NCBI GenBank assembly: GCA_043826565.1
Contig: JBDRPX010000038.1
Coordinates: 6,334-70,333 of the forward strand
Source: Candidatus Omnitrophota bacterium
Lineage (GTDB): Bacteria > Omnitrophota > Gorgyraeia > B26-G9
Direction of reading: 5' to 3'
DNA: 64,000 nucleotides
Below are positions 58,444 through 64,000 of this stretch, one piece after another; position 1 is the stretch's first letter; each line of letters begins with the position of its first letter. The notes under the pieces were generated by a model, which was not told the DNA's origin, made no database searches, and saw only the letters and a program-made list of their open reading frames with translations. The translations under genes were made by a program, and so were the position numbers.

Positions 58444-59484
58444 ATGGAAAAGAAAAGCACGAAAGTCGTTAAAGAAGATTCTAAACCGACGGACGAGAAG
58501 CTAAAAGCATTAGATCTTGCGCTTAGCCAGATAGAAAAACAGTTCGGAAAAGGTTCAATCATGAGACTTGGACAAGACTCCCGGTTAAATGTCGCCTCAA
58601 TTCCCACGGGATCACTGTCTTTGGATATCGCATTGGGAATTGGCGGATTCCCTCGTGGAAGAGTAGTTGAAGTTTACGGTCCGGAGTCAAGCGGTAAAAC
58701 AACATTAAGTATAAGTGTGGCTGCGCAGGCGCAGAAACTTGGAGGCGTAGCAGCTTTTATTGATGCTGAGCACGCATTTGATCCTACTTATGCTAAGAAA
58801 CTGGGAATAAATCTTGATGAATTGCTGATTTCACAGCCGGATACCGGCGAACAGGCCTTGGAAATTGCCGAAACCTTAGTAAGAAGTAATGCGGTGGATG
58901 TTATTATTATTGACTCGGTTGCGGCACTTACGCCTAAAGCTGAGATTGAAGGTGATATGGGTGATTCCCATATGGGGTTACAAGCACGTCTTATGTCACA
59001 AGCTTTAAGAAAGCTTACGGCGGCAATATCTAAATCAAAAACTTGTGTTATCTTTATTAATCAAATTCGTATGAAGATCGGCGTTATGTTTGGAAACCCG
59101 GAAACAACTACGGGTGGAAATGCCTTAAAGTTTTATGCATCGGTCAGGCTCGATATAAGACGGATTGAAACATTGAAACTGTCAGATGTTGTTGTCGGCA
59201 GCCGCGTGCGTGTTAAGGTGGTAAAAAATAAAGTAGCTGCGCCGTTCCGGCAAGCTGAATTTGAAATCAACTATAAAGAAGGCCTTTCCCGCGAATCAGA
59301 TATTCTTGATATGGCAATCCGTCATGAATTAGTCCAGAAATCAGGTGCTTGGTTTAATTGCGGAGATGAAAAACTCGGACAAGGAAGAGAAGCGGCCAAA
59401 GAAACATTGCGTAATAATGCAAAGCTTACCAATGAATTAGAAAAAAAGATAAAAGAAAAAGTTTCTTTAGATAAAGATAATTGA
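58444..59484 (+). CDS. recA: Recombinase RecA
   Basis: Walker A '[10 protein letters not shown]' and the RecA L1/L2 regions. ATG 58444 lies 5 nt after GGAGG. Confidence 0.97.
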   Translation: MEKKSTKVVKEDSKPTDEKLKALDLALSQIEKQFGKGSIMRLGQDSRLNVASIPTGSLSLDIALGIGGFPRGRVVEVYGPESSGKTTLSISVAAQAQKLGGVAAFIDAEHAFDPTYAKKLGINLDELLISQPDTGEQALEIAETLVRSNAVDVIIIDSVAALTPKAEIEGDMGDSHMGLQARLMSQALRKLTAAISKSKTCVIFINQIRMKIGVMFGNPETTTGGNALKFYASVRLDIRRIETLKLSDVVVGSRVRVKVVKNKVAAPFRQAEFEINYKEGLSRESDILDMAIRHELVQKSGAWFNCGDEKLGQGREAAKETLRNNAKLTNELEKKIKEKVSLDKDN

Positions 59485-59492
59485 TCTATAAA

Positions 59493-60950
59493 ATGATAAA
59501 GAATCGGTTAATATCTATCAGCCTAATGTTGTTAGCGATTTGCTTAACTGCAGATTCGGTTTGCGCTGATACTGATAACTCTCTGGAAATTCTATCTCAA
59601 ATAGAAAGAGGTGTTGAGCGGATTTCGGGTAGTGTCGGTAGTGCGGTGGTTTCAATTAGTACCGAAAGAACTGATTTGCTCAAAGAATACCAGCGTTCAT
59701 CTGATGATGATGTTGTTGAGCAATTTTTTCGCAATTTTCTTTATGGAGAAATTCCGAAAAGAAAATATAAGCACATGGGGCTAGGATCAGGTGTGCTTAT
59801 TGATGCGCAAGGACATATTATTACTAATGAACATATCATTAATGGTGCGGATAAAATCACCGTGACCCTTGGTGACGGCAGGAGATTTTTCGCTCATATT
59901 AAAGCATCTGATTTTCAGTCGGATCTAGCAATTATTAAAATTGAAGCAAATGAACTTCCTTGGTTAGAACTCGGTGATTCAAATCAACTTAAGGCGGGAC
60001 AATGGGCAATTGCCGTGGGCAATCCCTTTGGTTTTTCTACCGGGAATCCCGAACCATCATTTTCATTTGGGGTGGTAAGTGCTTTGCATCGGTCTTTGCC
60101 TCGTTTTGCTCAAAGAGACCGGGTGTATTATGATTTAATACAGACTGACGCGACGATAACGCCGGGTAATTCCGGGGGGCCTCTGGTTAATTTAAAAGGT
60201 GAGGTTATTGGCATTAACTTAGCAGTCCATAGTCCTGGGGTTTCGGCAAATGGGATCGGATTTGCTATTCCGGTAAATTATGTCCGAGCTATATTTGATC
60301 GATTATTAAAAGGTGAGGAGATTCTTTACGATTGGCTGGGGATAAGAATTCATGATTTGAATCCGGCACTTGCTAATTATTTTGGAATGAACAAGCCTAA
60401 TGGTGTGCTTATCGCTGATGTATCTGCCGGAAGTATTGCGGAAAAGGCTGGATTTCAGGAACAGGATGTTATTGTTAAGTTTGGTGAAGATAAAATTGAA
60501 AATACTCTTGAGTTTATTGCGAATATAGAAAACTGCAAAGTTGGACAGAAAGTTAAGGTTAAAGTAAATAGACGGACTTTATTACGTGAATTAAATTTAA
60601 TTATTGGAAAGCGTCCGTCTGTTTTAATAAATAATAAGAAGATTAGGGCTTCTATATCAACAGAGCAGATTGCCGGGGCCAAGAAGGAAGAATTTCAAAA
60701 GTGGCGTGGTATGTCGGTGAGCCCGATTTCTCCGGAGGGTTCAGATGACGGGAATGCGGATGGTGTTTTGGTTATAGAAGTTGCCCCGGATAGTCCGGCG
60801 TATGATGCGGGGATTAGGAAAGATGATATTTTAAATAGAATAGATACGCAAGAGATCCATTCTATAGATGATTATGAGAAAGCAGTTACTAAAGCTTCGG
60901 GGAGTATTTTAGTAAAGACCGAAAATGGTTATTTGGTTATCAGGGAATAA
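59493..60950 (+). CDS. htrA: HtrA/DegP-family periplasmic serine protease with two PDZ domains
   Basis: Signal peptide and the catalytic triad context 'TNEHIING', 'DLAIIKI', 'GNSGGPLVN'. Two C-terminal PDZ domains. Confidence 0.9.
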   Translation: MIKNRLISISLMLLAICLTADSVCADTDNSLEILSQIERGVERISGSVGSAVVSISTERTDLLKEYQRSSDDDVVEQFFRNFLYGEIPKRKYKHMGLGSGVLIDAQGHIITNEHIINGADKITVTLGDGRRFFAHIKASDFQSDLAIIKIEANELPWLELGDSNQLKAGQWAIAVGNPFGFSTGNPEPSFSFGVVSALHRSLPRFAQRDRVYYDLIQTDATITPGNSGGPLVNLKGEVIGINLAVHSPGVSANGIGFAIPVNYVRAIFDRLLKGEEILYDWLGIRIHDLNPALANYFGMNKPNGVLIADVSAGSIAEKAGFQEQDVIVKFGEDKIENTLEFIANIENCKVGQKVKVKVNRRTLLRELNLIIGKRPSVLINNKKIRASISTEQIAGAKKEEFQKWRGMSVSPISPEGSDDGNADGVLVIEVAPDSPAYDAGIRKDDILNRIDTQEIHSIDDYEKAVTKASGSILVKTENGYLVIRE

Positions 60951-61423
60951 TGGAAAGAACTATTGAAAAAGCTAAAAACTATGCTTTTTTGTTGTTAAGA
61001 TATCGTTTGCGTACTAAAAAGGAGATCGCCGAGCGACTGCTTAAAAAAAATTTTACGGAAAAACAAGTCGAAGAAGTTATTGTTTTTTTGGTCGATTTGG
61101 AGTATCTTGATGATTTAAAATTTGCTCAATTATGGGTAAAAGACAGGTTGCGAGGTAAGCCCAGAAGTAAACGTTTCCTATCTTATGAGTTAGAAAAAAA
61201 AGGGGTGCCTCGAGAAATTGCCGAAAAAGTGTTAGAAACAGTAACTGAACAGATAGAATTTGAGGCGGCAAAGTCTTTTGCGCAGGCAAAGTTAAAAAGT
61301 TTAAAAAAATATGATAAATTGATCGCCAAAAGAAGAATGTTTGGATACTTGCAGAGACGCGGGTTTAATGCACACATAAATTATAGAATAATAAATGAGT
61401 TAATGGATAAAGATGAAAAGTAA
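60950..61423 (+). CDS. recX: Recombination regulator RecX
   Basis: 'YAFLLLRYRLRTKKEIAERLLKKNFTEKQVEEVIVFLVDLEYLDDLKFAQLWV' shows the RecX three-repeat helical pattern. Conserved position upstream of alaS. Confidence 0.8.
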   Translation: MERTIEKAKNYAFLLLRYRLRTKKEIAERLLKKNFTEKQVEEVIVFLVDLEYLDDLKFAQLWVKDRLRGKPRSKRFLSYELEKKGVPREIAEKVLETVTEQIEFEAAKSFAQAKLKSLKKYDKLIAKRRMFGYLQRRGFNAHINYRIINELMDKDEK

Positions 61424-64000
61424 TCAAGTTAGAACTAAATTCCTGGAATTTTTTGCATCTAAGGGGCATCGGATTGTTCCTAGCGATTCTTTAGTCCCGC
61501 AAAATGATCCGTCTGTTTTATTTACTTCCGCAGGGATGAATCAGTTTAAAGAACAGTTTATGGGGAAAATAACTGATTTTAGCCGTGCGGCAAGCTCTCA
61601 GAAATGTATGCGTACGGCTGACTTAGTGAATGTCGGCAATAGCCCGACTCACCATACTTTTTTTGAAATGCTGGGAAACTTTTCATTTGGTGACTATTTT
61701 AAAGAAGATGCAATTAAATGGGCGTGGGGATTTGTCACTGAGGTACTCGAAATTCCCCGGGATCGTTTATGGATTACGGTACATAATAATGATCAGCAGG
61801 CTTATAATATCTGGGTGAATCAGGTTGGTATTCCAGCTTCAAAAATTCTCAAGCTGGGTGATAAAGACAACTTTTGGCCGGCAAATGCGCCGACTGACGG
61901 TCCGAACGGACCGTGTGGGCCATGTTCAGAAATATTCTATGACTGGACGGATACTTATGGATGTAAGAGTCCGGATTGTTCTCCGGCTTGTGATTGCGGG
62001 AGATTTACCGAGATTTGGAATCTTGTGTTTACGCAGTTTGATAGACAGCCTGACGGCTGTTTGAATCCGCTGCCGAGTAAAAATATTGATACAGGTATGG
62101 GGTTAGAGCGGATTGTTAGTGTAATGCAGAATGTGCGGGAAAACTATCAAACTGATTTATTTGTTCCGATTCTCGCAGATATTAAAGAGCAATTAAAAAG
62201 AGAAAATATCAATCCGGACAGTGAATGGTTAAACACTAAAGCAAAAGCCATTGCTGACCATATTCGCGCGGTAACGTTTGCTATTGCCGATGGCGTTGTC
62301 CCATCTAATGAAAACCGGGGATATGTTATCCGTAAATTAATACGTCGTTCGATTGTTTATTTGAAACAGGTCGGCATCAGCGCGCCGTTTTGTTATAAAC
62401 TAGTGTATGCCATAAGTGCTAATATGCAGGAACCTTATCCGGAAGTTTATAAGCGTCATGTGACAATTGCCGGGATAATCCGGAAAGAGGAGGAAATGTT
62501 TTGGGTTATTATTAAAGAGCGTGCGCCTCAGGCAGAAGAAGCTTTTAAAACATTATCAAGGAAAGCCGGCATCATTGATTTAACTAAAGACGCTGCGGTT
62601 TGCGCTTTTTTGCAATATGATACATTTGGTGTTCCTTTGGAGATTAGTAAAGAAATAGCGGAAAAATATGACTTAAAAATTTCCGATGATGATTTCGAAA
62701 ATGAGATGGAAAAACAAAGAGAGAGGTCACGCAGCGGGACTCAAATGGCCGGAGAGATTTTTGCAAAAACCACTGGGCACCTTATCCAGGGTGTAAAAAG
62801 TGAGTTTGTCGGATATGAGTGCCGGGAGGTGCAGTCGGAAGTGCTGGCAATTATTAATAATGATAAGATTGTTGATATTGCCCAAGGTAATGATGAGTTT
62901 GATATTATTCTGGCTAAAACACCTTTTTATGCGGAAGCCGGAGGTCAGATTGGTGATCAAGGGACAATTAGCAATGATGAGTTTATGGCTAATGTCTTTA
63001 CTACGGTAAAAGTAGATGAGGCAATATTACATAAAATAAAAATTAAAAAAGGAGCAATTTCAAAAGGCGACATAGTTCTGGCAACAATTAATCAAAAGCG
63101 AAGAACGGCAACTATGCGAAATCATACGGCAACGCATCTTTTGCAGTATGCATTGAGAAAAACGCTGGGGGATCACGTTGAACAGTCGGGTTCTTATGTA
63201 AACCCGTCTAAGTTGCGTTTTGATTTTACACATCTTGCTCCGCTTTCCAAAGAGACAATTTTAAATATCGAGCAGATTGTCAATGAATGTATCCTGGGCA
63301 ATTTTTCGGTCAATACAGATGTTATGACTAGAGAAAAAGCAAAAGAGAGCGGTGCCCTGGCGTTTTTTCAGGAAAAATACGCAGATACGGTGCGCGTGGT
63401 TTCAATTGCCGGGCATTCCCGCGAATTTTGTGGCGGAACACATGTAAATGCTACCGGAGAAATCGGGTTATTTAAAATTATCTCCGAAAGCTCCATTGCC
63501 CAGGGGATTCGCCGGATCGAAGCAGTTACGGGCAAAGAAGCGTTTAATCTGACAAATATCAATGCGCAGTTTATTAGTGAAATAGCCCAGCTTTTAAAAA
63601 CTTCACCGGATGATCTGGTCGTTTCTGTGGAAAAATTGCTTGAACAGATAAAGACGCAGGAAAAGGAATTAACTAAATTAAGAGGTGCGTCTTTATCTCA
63701 GGAAGCAGTGGAATTAATGAATTCCGCTAAGAATATAAATGATGTTTCGGTTATTGTTTCCGAATTAAATAATTATGATATGGATGCTTTAAGAAAAACA
63801 TATGACAACCTTAAAACAAAAATTGATCCGCTGGTGTGTGTACTGGCTTCAACCGGAGGAAATAAACCATTATTGATTGTGGGGATTAGCCGCAGTCTCT
63901 CGGAAAAAGGCTTGGACGCAGTCAAGATTATTAAAAGTATTACCCAGACTGTTGGCGGCAGCGGCGGAGGAAGAAAAGAACTGGCTCAGGCTGGAGCCAA
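61413..64000 (+). CDS. alaS: Alanine--tRNA ligase (3' end beyond window)
   Basis: Translation from ATG 61413: 'MKSNQVRTKFLEFFASKGHRIVPSDSLVPQNDPSVLFTSAGMNQFK...', the class II AlaRS N-terminus. The frame stays open to the window end. Confidence 0.95.
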   Translation, partial: MKSNQVRTKFLEFFASKGHRIVPSDSLVPQNDPSVLFTSAGMNQFKEQFMGKITDFSRAASSQKCMRTADLVNVGNSPTHHTFFEMLGNFSFGDYFKEDAIKWAWGFVTEVLEIPRDRLWITVHNNDQQAYNIWVNQVGIPASKILKLGDKDNFWPANAPTDGPNGPCGPCSEIFYDWTDTYGCKSPDCSPACDCGRFTEIWNLVFTQFDRQPDGCLNPLPSKNIDTGMGLERIVSVMQNVRENYQTDLFVPILADIKEQLKRENINPDSEWLNTKAKAIADHIRAVTFAIADGVVPSNENRGYVIRKLIRRSIVYLKQVGISAPFCYKLVYAISANMQEPYPEVYKRHVTIAGIIRKEEEMFWVIIKERAPQAEEAFKTLSRKAGIIDLTKDAAVCAFLQYDTFGVPLEISKEIAEKYDLKISDDDFENEMEKQRERSRSGTQMAGEIFAKTTGHLIQGVKSEFVGYECREVQSEVLAIINNDKIVDIAQGNDEFDIILAKTPFYAEAGGQIGDQGTISNDEFMANVFTTVKVDEAILHKIKIKKGAISKGDIVLATINQKRRTATMRNHTATHLLQYALRKTLGDHVEQSGSYVNPSKLRFDFTHLAPLSKETILNIEQIVNECILGNFSVNTDVMTREKAKESGALAFFQEKYADTVRVVSIAGHSREFCGGTHVNATGEIGLFKIISESSIAQGIRRIEAVTGKEAFNLTNINAQFISEIAQLLKTSPDDLVVSVEKLLEQIKTQEKELTKLRGASLSQEAVELMNSAKNINDVSVIVSELNNYDMDALRKTYDNLKTKIDPLVCVLASTGGNKPLLIVGISRSLSEKGLDAVKIIKSITQTVGGSGGGRKELAQAGA

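Overview
The window is a 64 kb chromosomal segment from a low-GC (~38%) diderm bacterium, with genes almost entirely on the + strand. The diderm call rests on Kdo biosynthesis, LptB/F/G, TonB, a secretin and an outer-membrane beta-barrel gene being present. My guess is an uncultured lineage such as Omnitrophota, which is known for giant genes, but that is speculation.

Most of the content is housekeeping:
- Sulfur and glycosylation: sat-cysC fusion, acylphosphatase, GT1.
- Translation and membrane: lepA, lepB, pgsA, der, plsY, gpsA, alaS (3' partial), tRNA-Pro(GGG).
- Threonine pathway: hom-thrC plus an ApgM-like gene, and cstA.
- Envelope: kdsA-kdsD-kdsC-lptB, lptF/lptG, TonB.
- Regulation and central metabolism: hpf-ptsN-yvcK-npr-ptsI, metK-ahcY, fba, rpe, phosphohexomutase.
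- Other: comF, GT2, M16 peptidases, MEMO1-like, recA-htrA-recX.

Three stretches stand out:
1. At 28269..28529 a textbook sigma70 promoter, a c-di-GMP-I (GEMM) riboswitch-like aptamer and an intrinsic terminator sit directly upstream of a 2284-aa secreted YD-repeat protein (28686..35540). That protein carries an internal dockerin-like Ca-binding pair and has no Rhs toxin core.
2. A secretin-centred cluster (5214..12472) has PilO/PilP-like proteins, a PilQ/GspD secretin, a secreted snapalysin-like metzincin with a conserved Cys-containing C-terminal domain, an OM beta-barrel and a TM-PDZ (GspC-like) protein. No pilus ATPase or pilin gene is in view.
3. A stand-alone PilZ gene (c-di-GMP receptor) is translationally coupled to hom, and the thr operon carries an ApgM-like gene where homoserine kinase would be expected.

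Several near-perfect TTGACA-17-TATAAT promoters recur across the window. I found no CRISPR arrays, transposases or integrases.
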